64,000 bases of DNA from Leucoraja ocellata (taxonomy: Eukaryota): positions 2,666,001 to 2,730,000 of the forward strand of contig JAWMAR010000067.1 of NCBI GenBank assembly GCA_036785375.1. Reading direction: 5' to 3'. The notes beneath the pieces were generated by a model. It saw only the letters and a list, made by a program, of their open reading frames with translations, was not told the origin of the DNA and did not search any database. Of the stretch, positions 49,645 to 62,232 are shown piece after piece. The position numbers and the translations under genes were made by a program. The stretch's first letter is position 1. Each line of letters opens with the position of its first letter.

Positions 49645-50078
49645 ATAATCATAATCATACTTTAGGCAAGTATGTTTTGCAACGTAAGAGGAATTTGATT
49701 TGCCATACAGTCATACCAATAAAAATAAAATACACAAAATACATTTTAACAAAAACATCCACCACATCCTCGATCTTGGAATCCGCAGGCCACAGTTGGA
49801 GCATCGAACCCAGGCTCCAATGGTAAGTTTACAGCCCCCTGGTGGAGCTCAAATTCAGTCTCGAGCAAGGCCACCGGCTCCATGATGTTAGGCTGCTGAG
49901 CGACAGGAGATACGATCCGGAAAAAAATAGCGGCAAGGTAAGAGATTGAGAAAAAAGTTTCCCCCGGCCCCCCTCCCCACCCCCCACATAAAACAAACAA
50001 GAACATTAATACATACTTTTTCAAACTCACTAAAAATAACAAAAAAGACAGACAGTTCTTTGGCGAGGCTGCCATCGC
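49645..50078 (-). mobile_element. Bipartite non-autonomous LINE-derived element (Rex1-like 5' region plus 3' tail)
   Basis: The reverse complement shares ggcagc..., tttatgtggggg and gcctaacatc(a/g)tggagcc with 61478-62232 and ends in (TATGAT)n. Confidence 0.55.
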
Positions 50079-50079
50079 T

Positions 50080-50400
50080 GACAGTAGAACAGTACAGCAC
50101 AGGAATGTGCCCTTCGCCTACAATGTTTATGTTGAACATGATGTTAAGTTAAACGGATTTAATCTGATCTATCTGCCTCTATTCCCTGCACTTCCATATG
50201 CCTATCTAAAAACCTCTTAAAGGCCACTTTCTTTTCTGCCTCCACCACCACCCCGGCAATTGTAAACAAAACTTGCCCCGTACATCTCCCTTAAACTTTC
50301 TCCCTTTCACCTTAAACCTATGCCTTCTAATGTAGGACTGTTCCACCCTGGGGAAAAAGGTTCTGACTGTCTACCCTATCTATGCTCTCATAATTTGATG
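50080..50400 (-). mobile_element. CR1 3' fragment
   Basis: tagaacagtacagcacaggaatgtgcccttcg tail and degenerate ORF2 end. Confidence 0.7.
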
Positions 50401-50585
50401 TTCTTACTTTTAGGATTGGATCTCTTCTTCCACCTCCTTTCCAGCTTTTAACCCCCCATGTACTGCAATCAGTTTGAAGAAGAGTCCCAATCGGAAAAGT
50501 GATCTTTTCCATATTCTCCAGAGATGCTGCCTGACCTGAGTTACTCCAGCATTTTGTGTTTTTATCTAATAATGGAGTATTAGGG

Positions 50586-50858
50586 GTACAGCACGGAAAC
50601 AGGTCCTTTGGCACACCAAATCTGGGCCAACCAGCAATCGTCCATACACTAGGGACAATTTACAATTTAACCAAACTTTATTAACTTACAAACCTGCACG
50701 TCTTTGCAGTGTGGGAGGAAACTGGAGTACGTGGAGAAAACCCACACGGTCAAAGGGATAATGTACAAACTCTGCACAGACCACACCCATAGTTAGGATC
50801 GAACCCGGGTCTCTGGAGCTGTAAGGCAGCAACTCTACCGCTTCACCACCATGCCGCC
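50586..50858 (-). mobile_element. V-SINE
   Basis: Minus-strand copy. Confidence 0.85.
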
Positions 50859-51651
50859 CAAAGGCTTGAGTTTGCAAAGCATGACAATCACCATTATGCT
50901 AAAAGAGAATATAAAGGAGATTCAAGGCAGTTACTTACACTGAAAGCAATTAATACAAATCTATCGGAGCACTTCTTCATGAACAAAACAAGGTATTGAA
51001 GGGACTCTTACATTCAGAGAGCACAAGGAAAAGTTCATGTGACGTTTCATTATCAATATTCAATTACTAGCCCCATTAGCTCAAGCAGACCCTCTTATTT
51101 CCCCATAATTACATAGTTTGAAACTGAATTAACTCTTGATTTAAGTCTCTGTGAGGCCAGTTGGCTTGCTTCCGAACAATTTGCAACTGTTCCCGCATTT
51201 CAATAGTAATTGGTCATAAGAGCATTCACTGCAATGCATGAGGAGAATTAGTAAAAAAACGCAGATTTACACATTTGCAGCGAGGAGCGTTGTCTTTTGT
51301 ATGGCTGACAAGTGCCGGCATCTCTTTTTGAGGACAAAGACTGCTGTCTCAGAGGAGCTGTGCCTAAGGGATGACTTGCAATGTTATGGCTTTTCCTTTC
51401 AAAGATCCTGACACTCATTTTGCCAGAAATTATGGTTCTTGGCATGTAGATGATGTGTTTATAAATCGCAAAAAAACAAGTTCAGCTTTTTCACAGCCAA
51501 TTAGGTTTCTAACAAACAAGCAACAGCTTGGCTTTTCCACTGTAATTAGTCGATGAGTTCGGTGCGGAAGACTTCTTGGCCATCAAGAGGAGAGAGAAGG
51601 GGGAGGAAAAGGAGATATTAGCTCTCTGCCCACGATAGTGAAGGGATTTGT

Positions 51652-51945
51652 GTTTTAGAGATACAGCGCAGTAACAAGTCCTTCAGCCCACTGAGCTCCC
51701 GCCAACCAGTGATCACCCCCTACATTAGCACCATCCTATACAGTGGGGACAATTTACAATCTTTACCGAAGCAAATTGACCTACAAACTTGTAAATATCT
51801 GAAGTGTAGGAAGAAATTGGTGCACCCAGGAAAAACCCATGCAGGTCACGGAGAGAACATACAAACTGCGCACAGACAGACCCGTGGTCAGAATCTAACC
51901 CGGGTCTCTGGCGCTGTAAGGCAGCAACTCTACCGCTGTGGTGCC
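51652..51945 (-). mobile_element. V-SINE
   Basis: Minus-strand copy. Confidence 0.85.
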
Positions 51946-52294
51946 AATTGCCCAACCGTACTCCCCCTCTGTTTATACCGGCTGTCAACAGTTTTACTAC
52001 TTATGGACAAATACACAAGCATTGTGCAGATTGAGACGCAGAGGAACCAGCGGCCTGGAATGTGACACCATGCATGACTAGAAAATCATTTTACTTCTGT
52101 TATGGAATTCTGATCAACATCTAAGTGACAGCAAAATTTCATGACATGTTTTATGACAACACTCACAAAAAATAAACCCAGAATGGCTTGACAGTTTATG
52201 CCTGCCACTGGAAGTGCTTACTCTCTCATTCCACGGACTAAATATTCCCTCTGTTCTTTATCCCAGCTCTTATCTTGCTCAGGGTTAAGTTATC

Positions 52295-52970
52295 CGAGTC
52301 ATACAGCACGGATATAGGCCTTTAGGAAAAACACGTCCACGCTGACCACGATGCCCCATCCAAGCTAGTCCCATTTGCCTGCATTTGGTCCATATCCCTC
52401 TAAACCTTTCCTATCCTTGTACCTGCCCAAGTATCTTTTAAAAGCTGTTGTTGTACATATCTCAACTACCTCCTCTGGTAGTTTGTTCCATTTACCCTCT
52501 GAGTGTAAACGTTGCCCCTCAGGTTCCTATTATTAATTTCCCCCTCTCACCGTAAACCTATGTCCTCTTGTTTTTGATTCCCCTAAAATACTCTGTGCAT
52601 TCACTCTATCAATTCCCCTTAGTCCTCTGCATGCTTGGTTCAATTAAACAATTCTATGGTGTTTACACAAGCCATGGTTAACTTCTGGTTAGCAGCCACT
52701 ATGGATGGGAGAGAATTTAATAAGAACCTGAGGGGCAACTATTTTTACACAAAGGGTGATAGGTATATGAAACAGGCTGCCAGAGGAGGTAGTTAATGCT
52801 GGTACTATCACAATGTTTAAGAGACATTTGGATAGGTACATGGATAGGAAAGGTTTAGAAGGATATGAGCCAAAAGCAGAGAGGTGGGACTAGTGGAGAT
52901 TGGACATGTTGGATGGTGTGATCATGTTGGGTCAAAGGGCCTGTTTCACGCTGTATGACAATGACTATGC
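52295..52970. mobile_element. Two oppositely oriented CR1 3' fragments (52295-52620 -, 52705-52970 +)
   Basis: Both carry the CR1 tail (ggtacatggataggaaaggtttagaggga...). Confidence 0.75.
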
Positions 52971-53202
52971 GAAGGATGGTGCATCATCTGATTATTACTC
53001 AATTTTATTCTGAATCAAACTAATGGCCCAGGATGTGCTGTACATTCTTTATTGCTCTCCACAAGTAGGTTCCTTGACGATTCCTATTTGTATTTGCATC
53101 TCAATAGAGACAAGCATTAAAGAGAGACATTTTTATTAACACATTGTATTTCACAACTTACGTATGCCCCAAAGCACTTTACAGTTTGTGAAGTACTTTT
53201 AA

Positions 53203-53497
53203 AGTTTAGTTTTTAGTTTAGGGATACAGCGTGGAAACAGGCCCTGTGGCCTGCCGAACCCGCACCAACCAGCGATCCCCGCACACTAGCACTATCCTAC
53301 ACACACTAGGGACAATTTACAGTGTTACCAAGCCAATTCTCCTACAACCCTATACATCTTTGTTGGAGCACCCGGAGAGAACCCACGCAGGTCACAGGGA
53401 GAACGCACAAACTTTGTACAGAGAGTGCCCATAGTCAGGATCGAACACGGGTCTCTGGCGTTGTAAGACAGCAACTTTACCATCGCGCCACCATGCC
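53203..53497 (-). mobile_element. V-SINE
   Basis: Minus-strand copy between two copies of a roughly 110-bp flank. Confidence 0.85.
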
Positions 53498-53839
53498 ATG
53501 GGAAATTTGCATTTCAATTGATACAAGCATTGAAGAGAGACAGATTTTTTTACTCAGTATATTTCCTAATTTAAGTATGTCCCAAAGCAGTTTGTGAAGT
53601 ACTTTTAAAGTTTTGTCACTCTTCCAACTTCAGAGAAGCTGTAACAATTACCATACAGCAAACTCCTTCAAATATAAGTGTGACAATGGACAAATAAAGT
53701 TGACAAGAATGATGTTGAATAATGTTGACTTGGAGGCCACATAATATTGAGAACAAGGACACATACGTCAGACCGTTATTTATTGATTTATAAATAAAGA
53801 TAATGTTTTTATTATAAATTTATAATTTATAATGTTTAC

Positions 53840-54830
53840 TTAACAATTGGGAATCGATAGGATTGGGAATAGGAATTAGGAGTAGCTCGGGTACATGCAG
53901 AGTATTTTACTCAGAGTAGTGAATCGAGAACCATTGAAACTTACTGAATAGTGAAAGGCCTGGATAAAGAGATGTTTCCACTAGTGGGAGAGTCCAGGAC
54001 CAGAGGGCATAGCCTTAGAATAGAAGGACGTACCTTTAGAAGGGAGATGAGGAAGAATTTTTTTTGGTCAGATGGTGGTGAATCTGTGGAATTCATTGTC
54101 ATAGAAGGCTGTGGAGGCCAAATCAATGGATATTTTTCAATTCAATTCAATTCAACTTTAATGTCATTGCACAAATACAAGTATGGGTGCAACGAAATGC
54201 AGTTTAGCGTCAGTCCGTAGTAATAGTGCAATATAGAAATAAAAATACAGAATAAGCAAACAATGTGGACGGAGAGACTGGAGAAATCTATCGGCGGGAC
54301 TCCGAGTTCAGCAATGTGATAATGTTGTTGTAGAAGCTGTTCCTCATCCTACTAGTACGAGACCTGAGGCTCCTGTACCGCCTCCCTGATGGGAGGAGGG
54401 CAAACAGTCCATGGTTGGGGTGGGAGGGGTCTTTGATGATCTTCCCGGCCGAGATTGACAGATTCCTGATTAGTAAAGGTGTCAGGGGTTATGGGGAGAA
54501 GGCAGGAGAATGGAGTTGTGAGGAAACGATAGATCAGCCATGATTGAATGATTGAGTAAACTTGATGGGCCAAATGGTCTAATTCTGCTGCTATAACTTA
54601 TGAATTTAAGACCTAGAGGACAAAGCATTAAGGTGAGGGGGTAAGAAAGATTTAATAGGAACCTGAAAAGGGAACGAGCTCCCAGAGGGGGTAGTTGAGG
54701 CAGGTTTTATTGCAACGTTTAAGATACATTTAGACAGGTACATGGATAGGACAGGTTTAGAGCCAAATGCAGCCAGATGGGGCTAGTATGTCACCGTAGG
54801 CAGGATGGGCCAAAGGGCTTGTATGACTCC
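53840..54830 (+). mobile_element. Nested CR1 fragments with a minus-strand Rex1 3' fragment (54137-54446)
   Basis: MKGLDKEMFPLVGESRTRGHSLRIEG, a (TTGAA)n-tailed Rex1 piece, and CR1 resuming at ggccgagattgacag. Confidence 0.75.
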
Positions 54831-55549
54831 ATGATAACACTGCCTTCAGCACCTTGATCTCAATGAAACTCATCTCCAAACTCCTGGACTCTATGCTGCG
54901 CCATTGTGCCGCCCTAGCAAGTAAATCAAGTTGTGGCATGGGAATTATGCAGAAACATAACCCATTCCAAGGTGTAAAAATACGAGAAAACATTTCCGAT
55001 GATCTTAGTCATATTCTGCATTATCCCAATACCACTAATGCGTTTTCACACTAAACAAATCCTCTTCTTAGGCAGTCTCCTGGGATCAAAAATGACTTAA
55101 CAGAGTAAAATAAATGTCAAAGCAATCAGCAATTAATTCCACCTAAAAAAATGTAAATGCTAAACATTAACATTTTCAACGATGTTTCAAACATTGTGCT
55201 TTAAAGGGGAATGCCACAGTCAGCAATAGAGTGGAGATAGATGCTTCAGATAATGCAACAATCCTAGTGTTTAATTAAGATCTCCATTTTACTGAGGTTT
55301 TCATTTCGTTTACATCTTTCACAATGAATACACAGTTTAGTATATGTACAGTATCAAAAGAAATTGGTTAACTCTGATTGGAGAAATAAATCATCAGATG
55401 GATCAGAAGTGAAAATATTTAGTATAAAATATTTAAATCTCACTCTACTCTTGGTCTATTTTCCAAATGTGCTTGATTTGGTTATTAATGATGTAACCAT
55501 AGTTATGAATACGAGCACAAAAGCATTAGGTTACCAACATTTTCTGTTC

Positions 55550-56438
55550 TATACCCTGTAAATCTGCTCTCACTCCCCATCCCCCCACTTGTAACAAGGG
55601 CAGAGTTCCCCTTGTCCTCACCTTCCACCCTACCAGCCGTCACATACAACAAATAATCCTCCGACATTTTCGCCACCTCCAACAGGATCCCACCACTGGC
55701 CACATCTTCCCATCTACTCGCCTTTCAGCTTTCCGCAAAGTTTGCTCCCTCCGTAACTCCCTGGTCAATTCGTCCCTTCCCACCCCCACCACCCCTTCTC
55801 CTGGCACTTTCCCTTGCAACTGCAGGAAATGCTACACTTGTCGCTTTACCTCCCTCCTTGACTCCATCCAAGGACCCAAGCAGTCTTTCCAGGTGTGGCA
55901 GAGGTTCACCTACACCTCCTCCAACCTCATCTATTGCATCCGCTGCTCTAGGTGTCAGCTGTTCTACATCGGTGAAACCAAGCGTAGGCTTGACGATCGC
56001 TTCACCCAACACCTCCACTCGGTTCGCAATAACCAACCTGATCTCCCGGTGGCTCAGCACTTCAATTCCCCCTCCCATTCTGAATCTGACCTTTCTGTCC
56101 TGGGATTCTTCCATGGCCAGAGTAAGGCCCACCGTAAATTGGAGGAGCAGCACCTCATATTTTGCTTGGGTAGTTTACACTCCAGCGGTATGAACATTGA
56201 CCTCCAATTCTAGGTAGTTCCTGCTTTCTCATTCTTTCCCCTTCCCAGCTCTCCCACAACCCACTGTCTCTGCCTGTTCCTTCCTGCCCCCCTCCTCCCA
56301 CCCCCGCATCAGTCTGAAGAAGGGTCTCGACCCGAAACGTCGCCTAGTTCCTTCGCTCCTTAGATGCTGTCTCACCCGCTGAGTTTCTCCAGCATTTTTG
56401 TCTACCTTCGATTTTCCAGCATCTGCAGTTCCTTCTTA
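55550..56438 (+). mobile_element. Penelope-like element (Neptune-type), 5'-truncated, with GIY-YIG endonuclease remnant and pLTR
   Basis: FTYTSSNLIYCIRCSRCQLFYIGETKRRLDDRFTQHLHSV...VAQHFN...RKLEEQHLIFCLGSLHSSGMN, an upstream CNCRKCYTC zinc motif, and a 14-bp TSD aacattttctgttc (55536-55549, 56439-56452). Confidence 0.93.
56310..56346 (+). ncRNA. Minimal type I hammerhead ribozyme motif in the Penelope pLTR
   Basis: CTGAAGA (56314-56320), helix II GGGTC/GACCC, GAAA (56334-56337), palindromic ACGT helix III, and GUC cleavage triplet ending at 56341. Confidence 0.75.
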
Positions 56439-56823
56439 AACATTTTCTGTTCGGTGTTTTAATGGGACTATTAATCCATTCAAAATACAGGGCTCTCATT
56501 TCAGTTAGAATAGGAAATACAAGACTTCTAAGAGAACATTAATGTGTAAGCAATCAACATGAACTGTAGGGTAGATTTTATTCTGCTACAGTCCATATGT
56601 TGTGCACAATGTGTGTCAGCGGGTCACACAACATTGTCTTTCAATTTATTTTAGCAGGCAGATATTTACACAACAAAACACACAAAGTGCCCCGAGTAGT
56701 GAAATTTACACTGGCCTAAACAGTGCACAATAGAACATAGACCATAGAATATATAATATATGACCGAACCTTGTAGAGGGACTGGAGATGCTGGTTTACA
56801 AAAAAAGATATTTGCAACAGAGA

Positions 56824-57066
56824 GCAGCCGGGTTCAATCCCGAGCACGGGTGCTATCTGCAGGGAATTTGTACATTCTTCCTGTGGCCGAGTGGGTTTCT
56901 CCGAGTTCTCCGGTGTCCTCCCACATTCCAAAGATGTACAGCTTTGTAGGTTAATTGGCTTCAGTAAAATTGGTCCTAGTGTGTAGTATAGTGCTAGTGT
57001 ACGGGAGTGCTTGCTGGTCAGCGCAGACTCAATGGGCTGAAGGGCCTGGTTCTCTAAAGTCTAAAG
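56824..57066 (+). mobile_element. V-SINE, 5'-truncated
   Basis: Box B, V-domain and tail. Confidence 0.8.
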
Positions 57067-57682
57067 TGCTTTAAACTCACCCTCTCACTTTATAGCTTTC
57101 CCCTCTACCCTATCTCTTCCTCTTATAATGTTATATACTTTTATTAGGTGTCCTCTCAACATCCATCATTCCAGAGAAAACAATGCAAGTTTAAACAACT
57201 TCTCCTTATAGTTAATACCCAGGCAACTTTGTGGCAAAGCTCTTCTGCACCCTCTTGTCAACTTTGCCACCCAATTTGCCACCCGTCCCCAATTCCATCG
57301 GTGTCCAAAGGGTTACCCATCTCAGCCTTGTGTGTATTCAGTGACAGAGTATCCTGTTCCTTCCCACATATCTCTCCACTTCAACAAAAAATGTAAGCAT
57401 AGTTCACTTTGCTAGCTCCAAGCAGTGTTGTTGGATGAAATCGTTTCTCAGCAGAAGAGAGCAGAACAAGAAGAAAATAAATATATGCTTCGCCAGATAA
57501 TGATAGTGTGATGTACAGCATGGTGCTTCAACGATACATTACATGGAGTGAAAAATGGAAGTTCTGCCACAAAAGCTTGCCTTTTTGGATCAATTAAGTT
57601 ACATTTTGCCCAGCATGGAAATGTCAAAGACTAAAGGGTATAGCTTTAAGGTGAGAGGGGAAAAGTTGAAATTAGCTGTACA

Positions 57683-57976
57683 GGGCGGCCCAATGAGGCA
57701 ATGGTAGAGATGATGCCTTACAGCGCCAGCGACCCAGGTTCGATCCTGACCTTGGGTGGAGTCTGTATGGAGTTTGTACATTATCCCTGTGACTGCATGG
57801 GTTTTCTCCGAGTGCTCCGGTTTCCTCCCACGTTCCAAAGACGTGCAGGTTTGTAGGTTAGTTGGCTGCTGTAAATTGTCCTTGGAGTGTAGGATAGAAC
57901 TAGTGTATGACATATGGTGCAGATTCAGTGGGCCAAAGGGCCTGTTTCCATGCTGCATCTCTAAACTAAACTAAAC
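57683..57976 (+). mobile_element. V-SINE nested in a CR1 3' fragment (57610-58150)
   Basis: Full copy, with CR1 resuming at cagttttttacacggagactggtg. Confidence 0.85.
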
Positions 57977-59038
57977 CAGTTTTTTACACGGAGACTGGTG
58001 AGTGCCTGGACTGTGCTGCCAGGCGTAGTGCTGGACCCAACTACAATAGTGGCATTTAAGATATGCAGGTAATGAAGAGATATGAATCACCTGCAGGCAG
58101 AGGGAATTAGTTCAACTTGGCATCATGTGTCGAACATTATGCCAAGGTCGATGGGTCGCATCTGCCTGTACGTGATCCAGATCCCTTCCCTCCATTCCCT
58201 GCATATCCATTCTTCAGAAATAATAGAACACAAATCAAGGGCACCGGATTTAATTATGGTAAAAAAAATGAACCTGCATTTGTAAGGCACCTTTTAAGAT
58301 ATCTAAAACAACTCAGTTCTCAATAACTCAGCATCTTGGAGATCAATGTTTCAATAGTTCTTTATCATCATAGTACAGTGAAATTCTTTGTTTCCATACG
58401 GATCACTAAGATTATTGCCATACATAAATATAATCCCAGATTAAGTTCAGAATACATAGAAACATTGATGTCCAATACAAAAATCGCCAGATTTTGGCAC
58501 CATTTTCAAAGTCCCAGCTTTCAAGGCCTGTTGCAGCCGTCGCCCCCGACCGGATCGTCCCGTGAACCATCGTCCCTCTTCTCACCCGCCACCTTCAGCT
58601 GAACATTGCTTGGAAATTCAGCTGCCAATTTGGAATTGGCAAGGTTTCGCAATTTTCAATAGGATGTGATGAGGTTATTTATTTTAATTATGGGATTAGC
58701 CAAGAGGATTCAAACAATGGATTTTTTCTCATTTCACAAATTAGCAATCATGGTGTAATATTTCACATGGAGGAAATATAAAAATAGGGAGTACAGACCA
58801 TATGCAGGCAGATAGGGTTTGTTTAGATTGTAGTTATGGCCTGCGTAGACACAGTGGGCTAAAGTCTCTATTGCTCTATGTTCTCACTGCACATCATAGT
58901 CTGAGGCTTCTGCTGTTTTTTTTGTTCAGTTCAGTTTAGTTTATTGTCACGTGTACCATGGTACAATGAAAAGCTTTTGGTGCGTGCTAACCAGTCAGAG
59001 AAAAAACCATACATGATTACAATCGAGCCATCCAGTAA

Positions 59039-59668
59039 AGCCCCTGTCCCATTTAAGCAATTTTTTTCAGCGACTACAGGTGACTTGGCTGCCGTCACAT
59101 GGTCGCGGGGTGATGCCTGTATGGTTGTGAGTAGTCTCCTCAAGTCGCCTAAAGAGTCGTAACGTTTTTCTGGTCGCCGCTGGATTTTGTAATGTTCAAA
59201 ATATTTTGCCGACTGTGCGCTTGACGTAGCTTGACGTAGCTTGACGTAGCTTGTCTTCTCTCCTGTCGTAGGTTGTTGCCAGGATGACGTAGGTTGTCGC
59301 CAGGATGACGTAGGTTGTCGCCAGGTGACGTTGGTTGTTGCCAGGTGACGTTGGTTGTCGCTGGGTGCTGACTTCGGTGAATTCCATTGGCGACTACCTA
59401 CGTCAACCTATCAGCGACGGAATTGCCTTCAGTTGTCGCTGACAGGGTCGTAGCTTGTTGCGGGTGGACGTAGGTTGACTTTGGTTGTCGCAGGTTGTCA
59501 CCTGTGTGGTCGTAGGTGGGTCACCGGTTGTCAGTAGCTTGTCGCAGTTTGACGTCGACTAGGTGGTAGGTTGTCGTAGCTTGTTGTAGACATTGTCATA
59601 GGGGGGGTCCAGTTGCCGCTTTTTTGACAACCTGCTACGACTGTGACAGTCGCCAAAAAAAATTGCCT
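59039..59668. mobile_element. Harbinger-like MITE with internal tandem repeats, right TIR truncated
   Basis: TAA|AGCCCCTGTCCCATTTAAGCAATTTTTT ... AAAAAAATTGCCT, with internal (cttgacgtag)3 and about 20-bp gttgtcgccaggtgacgtag repeats. Confidence 0.7.
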
Positions 59669-59754
59669 GTGAGTTTCCATATTGTATAACTCTGAGTTAC
59701 AGAAAATAGGCTGTTTCTGTATTGTTTACACTCTTGTTGTGCAAATAAGCAGAT

Positions 59755-60050
59755 ATTAGTTTAGTTTAGCTTAGTTTGGTCTATTGTCACGTGTACTGAG
59801 GTACAGTGAAAGGCTTTTTTGTTTGCATGCCATCCAATCAATGGAAAGATTATACATGTTTACAATCTAACCATCTATAGTGTTTGGATACAGGATAAAA
59901 GGAATAACATATTGTGCAAGGTAAAGTCCAATTAAAGATAGTCTGATGGTCTCCAATGAGGTAGATGATAGCTCAGGACCGCTTTTAAGTTGTTGGTGGG
60001 ATGGTTCAGTTGCCTGATAACAGCTGAGAAGAAACTGTTTCTGATTCTGC
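59755..60050 (-). mobile_element. Rex1/Babar 3' fragment
   Basis: (TTTAG)n tail, gtactgaggtacagtgaaa, and ataacagctgagaagaaactg. Confidence 0.75.
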
Positions 60051-60393
60051 TGGCAAGACTAGTGTGAATTCCTATCTGTTAAAATGAGTGCTAAGATAAT
60101 GATGTACAACCCACTGACACAAATTGTGACATTTGCTTTGTAGCTGGATAAAATCCATCCATCAATTCATTAATGGACTGAGTTGTGAGTTCTCTTAATG
60201 TTCTCTCGGACGTCTTGCTGTTTACTATTTTCACTGTAACAGGATCTCACTATTTTGAATAGCTTAATGGTTCCATTAAAACACTGCACGGAAAAATGTA
60301 TTACTCTAATGCTTTTATAATGGATCTAATAACTATTACCATATCCTAATCAGATAACAGTTACGCTGTAGAAAGAACTGCTAACTTACACCT

Positions 60394-60696
60394 CGTTGAG
60401 CTGCTGCCTCACAGCGTCAGAGATCCGGGTTCAATCCTGACCTCGGGTGCTGTCTGTGTGGATTTTTACATTCTCCCTGTGACCGTGTGGGTTTTCTTCA
60501 GATGCTCCAGTTTGATCCAACATCCCAAAGACATGCAGGTTTGTAGGTTGATTGGTCTCTGTAAATTGCCCCGAATATGTAGGGAGTGGATGAGTAAGTG
60601 GGATAACATAGAACTAGCGTGGACAGGTGATCGATGGTCAGCATTGACTCGGTGTGCCGAGGGGCCTGTTTCCATGCTGTATCTCTAAATTCTAAA
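60394..60696 (+). mobile_element. V-SINE
   Basis: Head, V-domain and tail. Confidence 0.85.
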
Positions 60697-61009
60697 TAGT
60701 AAAATCATGGATATTTAGAAAGTAGAGCATTTTGGCAAGCAATATGAAGATGGTTAAATCACTTTATCGAATGGTGTTGGTCTGAACTTCCGATCTACAA
60801 TATCTGATACCACTTATTTCTCCAATATAAACAAAACTAAATTGCTATCCAATTTGCCATCATGGTATTATTGAGTAAAATTGACAACTGCTTTAAAATG
60901 TGTTTATCCTGCCCTATAGTCCAACATACTTAACACGTGTGAAGTGACTTTTGGCTTCTCCACCTGATAAAACATCAGGACTGGTTCGACAAATCTTGAT
61001 ATTCAGGAT

Positions 61010-61137
61010 ACAAGGAACTGCAGATGCTGGCCAGCAAAAAAAAAAAAAAAAGTGCTGGGGTAATTCAGTGGGCCAGGCAGCATCTCTGGAGATCATGGAT
61101 AGGCGAATATTCAGGTCTGGACCCTTCATCAGACTGA
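61010..61137 (-). mobile_element. Penelope-derived short element
   Basis: aaggaactgcagatgctgg...caggtctggacccttcatcagactga. Confidence 0.75.
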
Positions 61138-61477
61138 TTTCTTTTTGTGTTTTTTTTTGTTGAAACGATAAATGGCAGATAGGATTTGATTTAACATTTC
61201 AACTGAAATGCTTTCTGCAATTCAGTATTCCCTCTGTGCTGCTTAGATTATGTGCTCATAGCTAACGACCAGGGACCTGAGTTCACAAGGGTCTGACTCA
61301 AGAGATGAGAATGTTGACATTGAGCCACAGATACGTACCATTAATGCATGAAACTTCGTGCTCAGATTCTAATAAACCAAAGCGTGATTTGAATGTTCCT
61401 TGCTATCAGATGATAGGTTGGTAACATTTAAAACATTTTCTAATTATTCGCTTTGTATTCCTTCGTCACCACCACCT

Positions 61478-62232
61478 GCGAAGTGGCGGCGCCTAACGGC
61501 AGCGCTCGACTGTAGTCCGTCTGTCTTTTTTAATTTTTGTCCCGTTAGATATATGTTTTAGGTTCTAATTTTTATTATTTTTTAGCTGTGTTTATGTGGG
61601 GGGGGAAACCCGTTTTAATCTCTTCCATGTACGGGGACCCGACTTTTTCCCTGTCGGATCTCCGGTGTCATTGGGCCTAACATCGTGGAGCCAGCGGTGG
61701 CCTCCAACCGGAACCAACCTGAGGGCTCTGGTCGCGGAGCCTGCGGACTCGCCATCGAGGAGCTGGCTGTCTTCGGAGCGGGGAGAGCTATGGTGGCGTG
61801 TGACTGCAACCCGACTTCGGAGCCTGGACAGTAACATTGGGAGCTCGCAGGTCCCTGGTGGGAGACCGCTTTTCGGTGCTCCCGCAACAGCAACTTCTCC
61901 CACCGGAATCGCGGGGTTTAAATGACTCGGAGCGGGACCTAATATCGCCCGGCACAACTTAAACAGCCGCGGGACTTACCATCGCTCGCCGGGGGCTTTA
62001 ACATCGTGATCCCCAGTTGCCTCGACGGTGCAGATAGACTGCTGGACCGCGGGAGACGAACAAAGGGAAGAGATAAGACTTTTGCCTTCCATCACAGTGA
62101 GGAGCTGTTGGAGATTCACTTTTGTGTTTTGTGTAAATTGTGTTAAGTGTGTGTCTTGTTTTTTTGTAATTTTGTTCAAACCTTGTCTGTTTGAATGACA
62201 ATAAAAGGCATTCTATTCTACTCTATTCTATT
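61478..62232 (+). mobile_element. CpG-rich bipartite non-autonomous LINE-derived element
   Basis: Starts cgaagtggcggcgcc (similar to Rex1-type 5' ends), has no RT coding sequence, and ends tgacaataaaagg(cattctatt)n like Rex1 tails. Confidence 0.6.

Noticed and set aside
60243-60320. Acceptor-like site (ttttcactgtaacag) as candidate exon 4
   Set aside because: Phase-1 reading gives GSHYFE then a stop, with no MAM1 continuation
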